The translations under genes and the position numbers were made by a program. A stretch of DNA of 64,000 bases from a virus: positions 84,971-148,970 of IMG/VR virus record IMGVR_UViG_3300028392_000034; one strand, given 5' to 3'. The notes under the pieces were generated by a model. That model made no database searches. It had not been told where the DNA came from and saw only the letters and a list, made by a program, of their open reading frames with translations. Shown here piece after piece: positions 9,909 through 18,968 of the stretch; the first letter of the stretch is position 1; every line of letters starts with the position of its first letter.

Positions 9909-10167
9909 CGTCCAAGTTGAATCTGCTGATCAGTTGTTACAAAGTCCCATGCAGTTTATGCGGGACAAAGACAGTTTTGATCATGCCTGTAGAATTCAAA
10001 AAAACTATGGTGTGTTGGAAGAGATCCTGGACTGGTCCAAAAAATCATTGATAGACCAATGGCGATGGCAACTGGTCACTGTGAGTTCTAACGATCGACC
10101 CGGGGAATATATTTTCTATTTTGATAGCGAGCGTGATTACTTGGCATTTGTAATGAAATGGAGTTGA
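9901..10167 (+). CDS. Small hypothetical protein, same paralogue family
   Basis: YIFYFDSERDYLAFVMKW. Confidence 0.6.
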   Translation: MPNVQVESADQLLQSPMQFMRDKDSFDHACRIQKNYGVLEEILDWSKKSLIDQWRWQLVTVSSNDRPGEYIFYFDSERDYLAFVMKWS

Positions 10168-10168
10168 T

Positions 10169-10918
10169 GTGACAGTAGATAATTTTGTAGTGTTAGACAG
10201 TGTATATGGTCGATTCATTGTGGCTAGGACCTGTTTGTTTCAAGCAGAAGCATTGGTCAAAACTGGACGTACCCATATCGAGTCAGAACTGGCCAATATC
10301 TTTGCCATTATTGATACCTTGCCTGCAGATGCGGTCATTGTGGATGGTGGAGCCAATGTTGGATTCTTTACTGTGCCTGTGGCCCATAGAACACAAGGCC
10401 GCGGCACTAGGATCGTTAGCTTTGAACCACAGCGTCAATTATTCCAAGCCTTGGGTGGCAGTTTGGCACTGAATGGATATCGCCATGTGTATCTGCACAA
10501 TTGCGGACTTGGTGCAGAACCCGGTATAGCCCAACTGCCCGAGGTCAATTACAGTGAAGTGCAAGATTTTGGTACTGTGTCGTTAACAGATGAAACTACC
10601 GTAGATGAAGATGGTTGGATGAACGACCGTGTGGTAAACATCACCAGTATTGACGCTATGGCATTGGCCAGACTGGATTTTTTTAAACTGGACGTAGAAG
10701 GCTACGAAGTTCCAGCACTAACCGGCGCACTTGCAACCATAAAGCAACACCGTCCGTGGATTTGGGTTGAATATTTTATCACCGGAGCGGATCCAATTAA
10801 AACGGCTTTGGCTGAACTGGATGACTATGTTTTTTATTTGGTTGATTATCAAAATATGCTGGCGGCTCCTAAAGAACGACTAGTTAGCATCACTACAACA
10901 GGACTAAAAGAGGTATAA
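10169..10918 (+). CDS. FkbM-family methyltransferase
   Basis: VDGGANVG, SFEPQ, FKLDVEGYE. Confidence 0.9.
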   Translation: MTVDNFVVLDSVYGRFIVARTCLFQAEALVKTGRTHIESELANIFAIIDTLPADAVIVDGGANVGFFTVPVAHRTQGRGTRIVSFEPQRQLFQALGGSLALNGYRHVYLHNCGLGAEPGIAQLPEVNYSEVQDFGTVSLTDETTVDEDGWMNDRVVNITSIDAMALARLDFFKLDVEGYEVPALTGALATIKQHRPWIWVEYFITGADPIKTALAELDDYVFYLVDYQNMLAAPKERLVSITTTGLKEV

Positions 10919-10919
10919 T

Positions 10920-11114
10920 ATGACAATGGCAACACGATTTACATCACCGGATGGTAAGATATTTGTAGTAGAAGAAGTTCGACAGGTTGAAAAGGAACTG
11001 TGGGTTTACTATAATAATGCCACTACCGGGCAAAAATACTCATGTCTGTTGGATGCATTTAGCCAGCGATTTCAACCATTGGTAAACGAATCTCGCAGGG
11101 TTAGTGGGCACTAA
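10920..11114 (+). CDS. Hypothetical protein
   Basis: RBS GAGG, 64 aa. Confidence 0.6.
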   Translation: MTMATRFTSPDGKIFVVEEVRQVEKELWVYYNNATTGQKYSCLLDAFSQRFQPLVNESRRVSGH

Positions 11115-11151
11115 CCTACAGGTTGACACCAAGTTATAATGATGTTATACT
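11099..11151 (+). promoter_or_regulatory. Palindrome plus sigma70 promoter
   Basis: GGTTAGTG-GG-CACTAACC 11099-11116; TTGACA 11123-11128, 17 nt, TATACT 11146-11151. Confidence 0.7.
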
Positions 11152-11215
11152 AGTGCTGTAGTAACAATTTATCAACTAATCCCGCATTGTGTCGGGTAAC
11201 GAAGGAAAAAGTAAA

Positions 11216-12265
11216 ATGGCCGCAAAACGCCTTGTCCGTAAATTTACGGAAGTTGTCGCAGAAGTAGAATCACAGCTCAAAGCACACTACGAAGTCACAG
11301 AAAAAGATCTGGCGGCTTGGCGAGCTCGTGCAAAAGCTCTAGTTCATACATTCCCACATAGTACCATGATTACCATAGAAGATCTTTGGATTGACTATGA
11401 AGTCCAACGTGACGTTATTCATAAACATGTTATCAACATTATGAAAAAATGGGATCCACGTATTTGTAGTCCAGGAAGTGCATGCCGTATTAAGGGCAGT
11501 AATATCTATTTGTATGATGCTCAACATCGTACCTTGGCCGCAGCCATCCTTGGCTATACAGAAATTCCTTGTGCTGTAGTAGAAACTGATGACCCAAACT
11601 TTGCTTCGTATGCGTTTGAAATGTTAAACGACACTGGAGTCAAGCGTCTTAATCCCGGCGACTTGCATCGTAATGCTTTGGTGCGTTACAAAAATGGCAG
11701 TCGTGATATCAAGAACGTTCGTGCCAGAACTATGCAAGATCAATTTGACAACAACGGTATTGACCTGCAAGACAAAGGTAGCCGTGCCAGTGATAACCTA
11801 CGTGGTGACAACGACTACTTCTTTAGTCACTTTAAGTATGCACAAAAAGGCATTGAGCTAGACGAGACTGGTCGGATCTTGAGTCAGATACTTGCGGCTG
11901 TTAAATCTGTGTATCCATTACAAGAAGAAATTGATCAAGGTGTTTTTATTGGCCTCTATGAATTGCAACGACTGGCTGGCACTGCTGGCACAGTTCAGTT
12001 ACCCGCAGACTGGATGAAAACACTATTAGAATCTTGTAGGCAGACGTTTAGAAGCAGTCACTTGATGCATGCCAAAGCAAAGATTCAATGGGAGCACAGT
12101 CACCCTGGCGCAGGTTGGGTCGCTCCAACTGCCATGAGTAACTTCCTGCGTGAATTGCACCTACGCAATGGTGGCGATTTAAACTTACCATTCCACGGTG
12201 CTGGCGCCAAGGTTGGTATCGAAGATGGTAATACGGCTCCTGGCTTGTTTCCTGAGGAGAATTGA
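11216..12265 (+). CDS. ParB/Srx-fold (DGQHR/DUF262-like) protein
   Basis: VQR, YDAQHR, FEMLN motifs; RBS GAAGGA before ATG 11216. Confidence 0.75.
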   Translation: MAAKRLVRKFTEVVAEVESQLKAHYEVTEKDLAAWRARAKALVHTFPHSTMITIEDLWIDYEVQRDVIHKHVINIMKKWDPRICSPGSACRIKGSNIYLYDAQHRTLAAAILGYTEIPCAVVETDDPNFASYAFEMLNDTGVKRLNPGDLHRNALVRYKNGSRDIKNVRARTMQDQFDNNGIDLQDKGSRASDNLRGDNDYFFSHFKYAQKGIELDETGRILSQILAAVKSVYPLQEEIDQGVFIGLYELQRLAGTAGTVQLPADWMKTLLESCRQTFRSSHLMHAKAKIQWEHSHPGAGWVAPTAMSNFLRELHLRNGGDLNLPFHGAGAKVGIEDGNTAPGLFPEEN

Positions 12266-12266
12266 A

Positions 12267-12731
12267 ATGAACGAGCAAAAATTTATTGAGTTGTTGAACA
12301 ACAAAAAAAAGTTAATGTCGTTGGTGCCCACACATCCATACGACACAAATTATAAAGTCATGTTTGAAAAAGTTCCGGCCTGGTATCAGGTCGTGATGGG
12401 ATTAAGTGAAAACTTATCAAATTCTAAAAAACGAGCAAAAAAATTTAAATGGGACTGCAATTTGGATTTGCCTTACCTGGCTGAATTATGGATTGCTCAA
12501 AATGGAAAATGTTCATTAACTGGCCAATGGTTGGATCATGTCAGCGGCACTCCAGAATATAAAAATCCATATCGTGCTAGTGTTGATCGCATCGACAACA
12601 CCAGAGGGTATGTCAAAGGAAATGTAAGACTGTTAACACACTGGGCCAATAATGCTAAAAGCACTTGGTCTGACTCAATCTTTGAAACTTTTGTTAAAAC
12701 ATCTAACCAGGTATTAACGGAAAATGCTTAA
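12267..12731 (+). CDS. His-Me finger (HNH-like) endonuclease
   Basis: CSLTG...SVDRIDNTRGYVKGNV...ANNAK; RBS GAGGAG. Confidence 0.7.
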   Translation: MNEQKFIELLNNKKKLMSLVPTHPYDTNYKVMFEKVPAWYQVVMGLSENLSNSKKRAKKFKWDCNLDLPYLAELWIAQNGKCSLTGQWLDHVSGTPEYKNPYRASVDRIDNTRGYVKGNVRLLTHWANNAKSTWSDSIFETFVKTSNQVLTENA

Positions 12732-13281
12732 AGAATCCTTGGACCAATTCACAGCACCAATCTATGGTAAGACTCAACGCAGTCCTGAAACATATCGTAC
12801 AGTAGCTGCTCGTTGCCGTAGAAATCTCACTAGGTTAGTAGAAGAGTACCACGGCGTGGAAAATAACCAGCAAGAGTTACGAGAAATACGCAACGACATT
12901 GATGATAACCTACGTAGATATCACGAATACTGTATTCAACAACGTGATGGTATGAAAGCACACTATCACGAAATTGGTGCCGATGAAGACTGTGACTTTG
13001 AACACTTGATACCAGCGGCCCGTATTCGCGATCTGTTGTTAGCTGACTGTATCACTGTGGATCAAGCTCTTAATGCTCCTACTGTAGTTTTAAGTCGTGC
13101 CAAACACATGGCACTGAAAGATGCTGGATGGGCCAGCAAGACTCCAGACATGTGGTTGCCGTTTCGTCGATACACTAATGTATTTGAGGCTACGTATCAA
13201 ACACACGACGGAACAGCAGTAGATCCAACTACTTGGACCTTGGAACGACATTTTGATTACTTTAAACACTTGGTGATTTAA
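12724..13281 (+). CDS. Putative HNH-like nuclease (DUF1524-like EHxxP motif)
   Basis: DFEHLIP followed by N and H; family assignment tentative. Confidence 0.45.
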   Translation: MLKESLDQFTAPIYGKTQRSPETYRTVAARCRRNLTRLVEEYHGVENNQQELREIRNDIDDNLRRYHEYCIQQRDGMKAHYHEIGADEDCDFEHLIPAARIRDLLLADCITVDQALNAPTVVLSRAKHMALKDAGWASKTPDMWLPFRRYTNVFEATYQTHDGTAVDPTTWTLERHFDYFKHLVI

Positions 13282-13282
13282 C

Positions 13283-13927
13283 ATGGAAGTTCAAAGCCAT
13301 GGTGTGGTATTTGAGGACAGTGTAGTCAGATCTATCACTGGCCTGAGCAAAGCCGAATATCAAACCCGATTAACTCATGCCTACTTTGCCACTATGGATG
13401 TGGTCAAAGGCATTGAGAGCGACGTCAATTACAGTATCAAAGTCAGCAAAGGCCGAGACATTGGCTGTGCTAATATACTTAGATTTATTGACCATTGTCG
13501 AGACACGGAATTTACTATGGTGGTTGGTGTATGGCAACAGATAACGCCCACAGTCAAACGCTATACCTGCATCTACGAATTTGACGTCACTCCTGCTCAT
13601 TACAATCTGTTATGGGCCAATGTTAACAAAGAAACTGTTGAACAATTTGTTGAATATGTTAAGAGTGTGCCGCACGGACCAGAAGGACAACGAGCGCATA
13701 GGAAGCTGTGGAAACAAAAACGCAAGGAAATTTATGAAACTTACGGTCAAGGACTTTGTCAAATTGATGCCAAGATTGACAGTAAACGACAACGCAGGGT
13801 TCAAGGTCGTTTTAGAATCAAAGATCTGATTACAGCACAAGCAATTCCGCATCGTAAATATGAAACAGCATATCGAGGCATCCAACTTCCATATGAACAA
13901 GCCAGTGGACCAAGACAGTTTGATTGA
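13283..13927 (+). CDS. Putative PD-(D/E)xK restriction endonuclease-like protein
   Basis: HGVVFE helix, MD, YSIK; overlaps a DNA MTase gene. Confidence 0.5.
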   Translation: MEVQSHGVVFEDSVVRSITGLSKAEYQTRLTHAYFATMDVVKGIESDVNYSIKVSKGRDIGCANILRFIDHCRDTEFTMVVGVWQQITPTVKRYTCIYEFDVTPAHYNLLWANVNKETVEQFVEYVKSVPHGPEGQRAHRKLWKQKRKEIYETYGQGLCQIDAKIDSKRQRRVQGRFRIKDLITAQAIPHRKYETAYRGIQLPYEQASGPRQFD

Positions 13928-15065
13928 TCAATACTACCAACAACTATGTGACGAGTGGGGATACACACCTACTGTTGATGTCTGCACGGGCTACGAACCG
14001 GTTATGCCGAGACTTCGCGCCTTGGGCAAAGATGTATGGACCAAGGCTGACGATGCTGGCAAAGAATCTATCCAACAAGAAGTATTTGACATCTATAGAT
14101 CAGTGGGCATAGTTCCTATTACTTACTACAGCCTAGATGGATGTCGTGCTCAGGTCAATGACTTGGCAACCAAAACCAAATCAGTTAGAAACAGTCAACT
14201 GGGTGTGGGCAACAACGAAGGTCTAGCTTTTGGTCGCTTTTGGTTTCCTAACATGCAGGACGCCAAGTGGAACGACAATGCCACAGTGAGCATTCGTGCT
14301 AGATTCAATCACGATAACAAACTCAAACGTGCCATTAAGTTGGCCTATGTTCACAGAGATGAAGGTGAAGACACAGTCATACCCAAAAACATACGCAGAG
14401 CATTGGAACTAGTCAATGGTGGCACTATACAAAACTTCAAGCCCATGAATGCTCGTGCAGTATGGGAACACATTTGCCCTGTGTTCCGTGGCAACTTGTT
14501 GGACTTTAGTTCAGGCTATGGCGGACGCATGTTTGGCTCAATGACCAGCAATCTACGTTATCACTATACGGGTTTAGATCCCAACACCAGAACCTTTCAA
14601 GGACTTGAAGCCCTGGGTGCATTACTAGACGAACAAGGGCATGGTGCCGGATATCGGATGCATTGTGTTCCTAGCGAAGAATTTGAGCCTGAACCGGGTT
14701 TTTATGATGCAGCATTTTCAAGTCCACCTTACTTCAATTTGGAAACTTACACGGACGAGCCTACTCAGTGTATGAATCGTTATACCACCTTAGATGAATG
14801 GTTTGATGACTACGTGGCCAAGACTGTTGCAATGACACATAAGGCTTTGGCCGCAGACAGTCTATATGCTGTGAACATCGCTGATTATAAGAACGGCAAG
14901 CAAGAGTTTAAAATTGTTGACCGCTGGATTCGATTGGCTGAATCTGTAGGATTTCGACACGTAGAAACTGTGGACATGATTTTAAATGTGCGCCCAGGGG
15001 TCGGAAACGGCAAACTTGAGAAGGCTTACAAGTCAGAAGGAATTTACATCTTCCAGAAAAACTAG
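13893..15065 (+). CDS. Amino (N6A/N4C) DNA methyltransferase
   Basis: Motif I DFSSGYGG followed by motif IV SSPPY. Confidence 0.85.
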   Translation: MNKPVDQDSLIDQYYQQLCDEWGYTPTVDVCTGYEPVMPRLRALGKDVWTKADDAGKESIQQEVFDIYRSVGIVPITYYSLDGCRAQVNDLATKTKSVRNSQLGVGNNEGLAFGRFWFPNMQDAKWNDNATVSIRARFNHDNKLKRAIKLAYVHRDEGEDTVIPKNIRRALELVNGGTIQNFKPMNARAVWEHICPVFRGNLLDFSSGYGGRMFGSMTSNLRYHYTGLDPNTRTFQGLEALGALLDEQGHGAGYRMHCVPSEEFEPEPGFYDAAFSSPPYFNLETYTDEPTQCMNRYTTLDEWFDDYVAKTVAMTHKALAADSLYAVNIADYKNGKQEFKIVDRWIRLAESVGFRHVETVDMILNVRPGVGNGKLEKAYKSEGIYIFQKN

Positions 15066-15071
15066 TATAAT
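15043..15071 (+). promoter_or_regulatory. Sigma70 promoter
   Basis: TTTACA-17-TATAAT; RBS AGGAG downstream. Confidence 0.6.
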
Positions 15072-15092
15072 TACTTACTTGCAGGAGTTATT

Positions 15093-15341
15093 ATGGGCAA
15101 TCAAACTGATTATTTCAACCGCATAGGTTACCAATCAACATATCAAATCGGCGATAGAGTATTTGGTCGATTCAACGACATTCCTTTTGTAGGAACAGTT
15201 GGAAACGATCGCGTAGTCAGTCCTGCTGGCCCAGAAATAACTATTCACTTGGATTTACCAATCCGAATCAATGGCGAAGTAAAGAATTTTATTGTCGTCA
15301 AACATCAAGATATCAAACAAACTTTAAAGGAAATATTATGA
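15093..15341 (+). CDS. Hypothetical protein (SH3-like beta-rich)
   Basis: YQIGDRVFG...FVGTVG. Confidence 0.65.
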   Translation: MGNQTDYFNRIGYQSTYQIGDRVFGRFNDIPFVGTVGNDRVVSPAGPEITIHLDLPIRINGEVKNFIVVKHQDIKQTLKEIL

Positions 15342-15883
15342 AAACAGTTGGTGATAAATTAGAAAAATTCGCTGTAACAGGTGTTAAGCCAGGACAACCA
15401 GAAGATGCATTCTTCGAAATCACAGACGAGAGCTTTGCTGGCAAGTGGAAAGTAATCGTTTACTATCCAAAGGACTTTACATTTGTATGTCCTACAGAAA
15501 TCGTAGCCTACGATAAACTAGCCAGTGACTTTGCTGACCGTGACGCAGTATTGCTTACAGGTAGCACAGACAATGAGTTCTGCAAAGTGGCATGGCAAAC
15601 GGCACACGCCGATCTAAAGAAAATTACCCACATGCAGTTCGCAGACACACAGCGTGGTGAGTTGAGCTTGATTGAACAACTGGGTGTATTCTATGCGCCA
15701 GCAGGTGCCGCACTTCGTGCAACATTTATTGTTGACCCAGACAACACGATCCAACACGTTACAGTCAACAACTTGAATGTGGGTCGCTCACCAGAAGAAA
15801 CACTTCGTGTATTGGATTCTTGCCAAACTGGAGAATTGTGTCAGTGTAATAGACAAGTGGGTCAAGAAACACTAGGCAAGTAA
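15338..15883 (+). CDS. ahpC: 2-Cys peroxiredoxin AhpC
   Basis: YPKDFTFVCPTE, RATFIVDP, GELC. Confidence 0.95.
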   Translation: MKTVGDKLEKFAVTGVKPGQPEDAFFEITDESFAGKWKVIVYYPKDFTFVCPTEIVAYDKLASDFADRDAVLLTGSTDNEFCKVAWQTAHADLKKITHMQFADTQRGELSLIEQLGVFYAPAGAALRATFIVDPDNTIQHVTVNNLNVGRSPEETLRVLDSCQTGELCQCNRQVGQETLGK

Positions 15884-15898
15884 ATGGAAGGATTGGTG

Positions 15899-15967
15899 AT
15901 AAATAATAGTGTAGTTCACGGGACGGCAATCCCCAACTACTCTAATGCTACAAAGGAGCAATCAGCA
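15899..15967 (+). promoter_or_regulatory. Late promoter plus structured leader of the HNH gene
   Basis: ATAAATA; stem GTAGTT/AACTAC enclosing GGGA/TCCC; TGCT/AGCA stem over AGGAG. Confidence 0.6.
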
Positions 15968-16876
15968 ATGATATTTATCACCAACCGATACACTCGTATC
16001 TACTTTTCTATAATAGAAACTGCTAGATCAAGAGTGCTATCAAAAGACCATTACAAAGAAACTCATCATATTATTCCTCGTTCGATGGGCGGGGATAATT
16101 CTTCTGGTAATCTAGTTAACTTAACTGCTAGAGAACATTTTATCTGTCATAAACTTTTAGTAAGAATGACTGAAGGTGAGTCTAGAGGTAAAATGGCATT
16201 TGCGTTAGTATTGATGTCTGGTAAGAACGGTAGTAAGATTTATGATTCTACTAAAAAACTTTTAGCCGAACGAATGAGTAACTTACACCTCGGAAAGATT
16301 CCAGTTACCAATGGAGTTGTTGACAAAGCGATATTCGCAGGTGATAGTATTCCTGAAGGATTTTATCCGGGATTTTCACCTCTTACCATTAAGAAGCACG
16401 GTGCCGGCAACAAGGGGAAGAAGTGGATTACTGATGGGAATGTGTCATACCAAATAAAACATAATATTCTTCCGGAAGGATTTTACTGGGGACAGGCAGA
16501 TTATCAGAAAGAAAAATCTAGCCAACCGGGCGAACTTAATCCAATGTTTGGATTATTTTTTATCACAAACGGAACAACTAATTCTGTCTGTAATAATCTA
16601 GATAACATCCCCGAAGGATGGTATAAAGGTAAAATAGAAAAGAAAAGTGCGTTAAAAGTTGAGTCAAAACTAGGATCAAAAAATCCTATGTATGGAAGAC
16701 TTCCACACAATGCCAAATCTATTGAAATCGATGGTGTAGTTTATTCATCAATGTCAGAAGCCAGATTAAAAACTGGGTTGTCTAGAAGAACTATAGAAAA
16801 CTTGGTTAAGTCTGATTTGACTACACCTGCTGATTGTGTTATACTAAACAAGAAACATTTCGGAGTTGAAGAATGA
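15968..16876 (+). mobile_element. Free-standing HNH homing endonuclease with NUMOD-type repeats
   Basis: HHIIPRSMGG...NLVNLTAREHFICH; three xT(N/D)G...PEG(F/W)YxG repeats; NPMYG; C-terminal HTH; lies between ahpC and ahpD. Confidence 0.85.
16817..16845 (+). promoter_or_regulatory. Sigma70 promoter inside the HNH 3' end
   Basis: TTGACT-17-TATACT. Confidence 0.6.
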
Positions 16877-17143
16877 ACAAACGAATAAACGAACTTGCTG
16901 AACAGGTAAGTCCTGTTGCAACTATTGGTAATTGGGGCAGAGTTGAATGGTCAGACAATGTCTATCCACAACTTGGTGATAAGATGTATGCGTCTATTGA
17001 TTTGGAAAAGTTCGCCGAGTTGATTGTGCGAGAATGTGTTTCTATTTGTCAAGATGTAGATGGCGAAGATAACATTGATGCTAGGTCAGGTAGGCAGGAT
17101 TGTGCTGTAGAGATTAGAGAACATTTCGGAGTTGATGAATGAA
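16852..17143 (+). repeat. Direct repeat AACATTTCGGAGTTGA(A/T)GAATGAA flanking ORF 16873
   Basis: Copies at about 16854-16877 and 17120-17143. Confidence 0.85.
16873..17142 (+). CDS. Small phage protein (MNxRIxELAEQ...EKFAELIVREC...HFGVxE family)
   Basis: Family motifs; ATGA-coupled. Confidence 0.75.
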   Translation: MNKRINELAEQVSPVATIGNWGRVEWSDNVYPQLGDKMYASIDLEKFAELIVRECVSICQDVDGEDNIDARSGRQDCAVEIREHFGVDE

Positions 17144-17164
17144 TAACATTAAAAGGAAAACAAA

Positions 17165-17671
17165 ATGAGTTTTATTGAATCAGTAAAAGGTGCTTTGCCA
17201 GACTATGCCAAAGATACAAAATTGAATCTGGATGCAGTATTACTTCGTAGCACATTAGATGCAGATGTGGCCATGGGTTGTGCTGTGGCCGCACTGGCCG
17301 CAACTGGCAATGGTAAAATCCTATCAGTAATTTTGGCAGATTCTCCGGTATATGCCGAGTCAGCAATGACAGCGGCCAGCATCATGTCCCAAAACAACGT
17401 TTGGTACCCCTATGTTGAGATGGCCGATGATCCTGCATTAAAAGGTTTGCCAGCAGGTTTACGTATGAACGCTATTGCTAATCATGGCGGCACAACCAAA
17501 AGCAATTTTGAAGCATTTAGTTTGGCCGCAAGCATTGTGGGCAAGTGTCATTTCTGTGTAAAAGCACACTATGAAACATTGAAGCAAGAAGGCTATACTG
17601 TGGAACAACTTCGTGACATTGGCCGTATCGCGTCAGTTATGAATTCAGTGGCTCGAGTGCTAAACAGCTGA
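17165..17671 (+). CDS. ahpD: Alkylhydroperoxidase AhpD
   Basis: LPDYAKDTKLNL, MSQNNVWY, E...CHFCVKAH. Confidence 0.95.
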   Translation: MSFIESVKGALPDYAKDTKLNLDAVLLRSTLDADVAMGCAVAALAATGNGKILSVILADSPVYAESAMTAASIMSQNNVWYPYVEMADDPALKGLPAGLRMNAIANHGGTTKSNFEAFSLAASIVGKCHFCVKAHYETLKQEGYTVEQLRDIGRIASVMNSVARVLNS

Positions 17672-17673
17672 TC

Positions 17674-17691
17674 TGTTGTGTAAAAACAACA
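17674..17691 (+). promoter_or_regulatory. Palindrome TGTTGT-N6-ACAACA, candidate protein-binding site
   Basis: Perfect 6-bp arms in intergenic DNA. Confidence 0.4.
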
Positions 17692-17694
17692 CCC

Positions 17695-17722
17695 AAAAAC
17701 CCTACTTTTTGTAGGGTTTTTT
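17695..17722 (+). terminator. Intrinsic terminator after ahpD
   Basis: AAAAACCCTAC-TTTTT-GTAGGGTTTTTT. Confidence 0.85.
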
Positions 17723-17759
17723 GTGGTCAGTGCCCACTAACTCAGTGGCCACAATTCGG

Positions 17760-17794
17760 TTGACTCAAAATACTCCATTTGCTATAATACTTGT
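17760..17794 (+). promoter_or_regulatory. Early promoter, leaderless
   Basis: TTGACT-17-TATAAT-ACTTGT-ATG. Confidence 0.8.
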
Positions 17795-18121
17795 ATGGAA
17801 GTTAAAAAGCAAACCCGAAAACGCCGTCAAGACAGCAACCATGCTGTCTATACCATAACCAACTTGGTCACAGGCGATTACTACATTGGTATTACCGTGT
17901 GCTCAGGTAGCATAAAACGGGCCCTAAAAGTGCGTTTTCAGAAGCACGTTCGCCGTGCAGTAACTGAAGAAAAAGTGTGGGCTTTATGCAACAGTATCCG
18001 TGAATATGGTGCTGAGATGCATACTGTTGAATTTGTTGAAAAAGTCCGCGGTCGCAAGCCAGCCCATGCACGTGAGCGCGAGCTGATTCGCGAATATGCG
18101 CCAGCTCTAAATACACATTGA
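17795..18121 (+). CDS. Stand-alone GIY-YIG nuclease
   Basis: AVYTITNLVTGDYYIGIT, RFQKH, E..LI, LN. Confidence 0.85.
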   Translation: MEVKKQTRKRRQDSNHAVYTITNLVTGDYYIGITVCSGSIKRALKVRFQKHVRRAVTEEKVWALCNSIREYGAEMHTVEFVEKVRGRKPAHARERELIREYAPALNTH

Positions 18122-18125
18122 TTTA

Positions 18126-18180
18126 GGTTGACCAAAAAAGCCATTTCGGTTATAATACTTGTATAGAAACTAAAAAGGAG
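18126..18180 (+). repeat. Promoter-RBS module, copy 1
   Basis: GGTTGACCA...TATAATACTTGTATAGAAACTAAAAAGGAG. Confidence 0.9.
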
Positions 18181-18187
18181 CAGAAAA

Positions 18188-18460
18188 ATGTCCCAACTAA
18201 AAGAATACACATTAGAAATTTACCGAACTGATCGACGTGTCAAAGCAGGTCGTCGTTTGTATGCCAAGCAGGATTTTGCACCTAGCACCAAGGACTACAT
18301 CAATGCCGTGGCCGATGCTAAACGCGGTTTGGGTTTTGTTGTTGAAGTGTTTGAAACTTTTGTCACCAAGCAAAACCTAATAGGTGGTAAAGAATTCCAA
18401 GAGCGTTATGATACGCCTTACTTCTGCTCACCCGCAAGCGAATCTTATTGGAGCATGTAA
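18188..18460 (+). CDS. Hypothetical early protein
   Basis: Follows module; ends TPYFCSPASESYWSM. Confidence 0.8.
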   Translation: MSQLKEYTLEIYRTDRRVKAGRRLYAKQDFAPSTKDYINAVADAKRGLGFVVEVFETFVTKQNLIGGKEFQERYDTPYFCSPASESYWSM

Positions 18461-18461
18461 T

Positions 18462-18710
18462 ATGAAAGTTCGAGAACTTATTGAATCCCTGGGCTATATG
18501 AACCCTGATGCCGAAGTGCATTTCAGCTACAACTATGGCGACCACTGGCGCACCGAAGTAGCCCCTGCGGTTAACCAAGTGTCTGAGGGCATTGTGGAGT
18601 TCAGCGACTATCACCGTATGGACAAACTGGTCACAGACGATGAGGATGTCTATGACGAAGAAACAGGCGACTACAAGACAGAAGTCCGTCGTGTGGTAGT
18701 AATAGGTTAA
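18462..18710 (+). CDS. Hypothetical early protein
   Basis: MKVRELIE...; start moved to 18462, RBS GGAG. Confidence 0.75.
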   Translation: MKVRELIESLGYMNPDAEVHFSYNYGDHWRTEVAPAVNQVSEGIVEFSDYHRMDKLVTDDEDVYDEETGDYKTEVRRVVVIG

Positions 18711-18734
18711 TAATTGATACACAAGGAGTCAGAA

Positions 18735-18959
18735 ATGATTGCAGTAAGAGATTATGGTATGTTCACAGATCGCGGCAATGCCGCAATTGGTGACTTGGTA
18801 AACTTTGCCAAGACTGCAGAATTGACTTGGCCCGAAACATATCAAATATTAGGAATCCTAAGCGAGTCTAACCCTGAGATCTATGGTGAAGCCATGGACA
18901 CTGAAGTGCGTGAAATCGTTTATAGTCGTTGTAATTTTACCTCTGCCTTTTACTTCTAA
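18735..18959 (+). CDS. Hypothetical early protein
   Basis: RBS AAGGAG before ATG 18735. Confidence 0.7.
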   Translation: MIAVRDYGMFTDRGNAAIGDLVNFAKTAELTWPETYQILGILSESNPEIYGEAMDTEVREIVYSRCNFTSAFYF

Positions 18960-18968
18960 GGAATAAAA

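Noticed and set aside
15884-15967. Upstream start for the HNH ORF, and similar extensions at 19659, 19921, 26018, 13860
   Set aside because: Extensions run through promoter/RBS elements or the previous gene; downstream ATGs fit better
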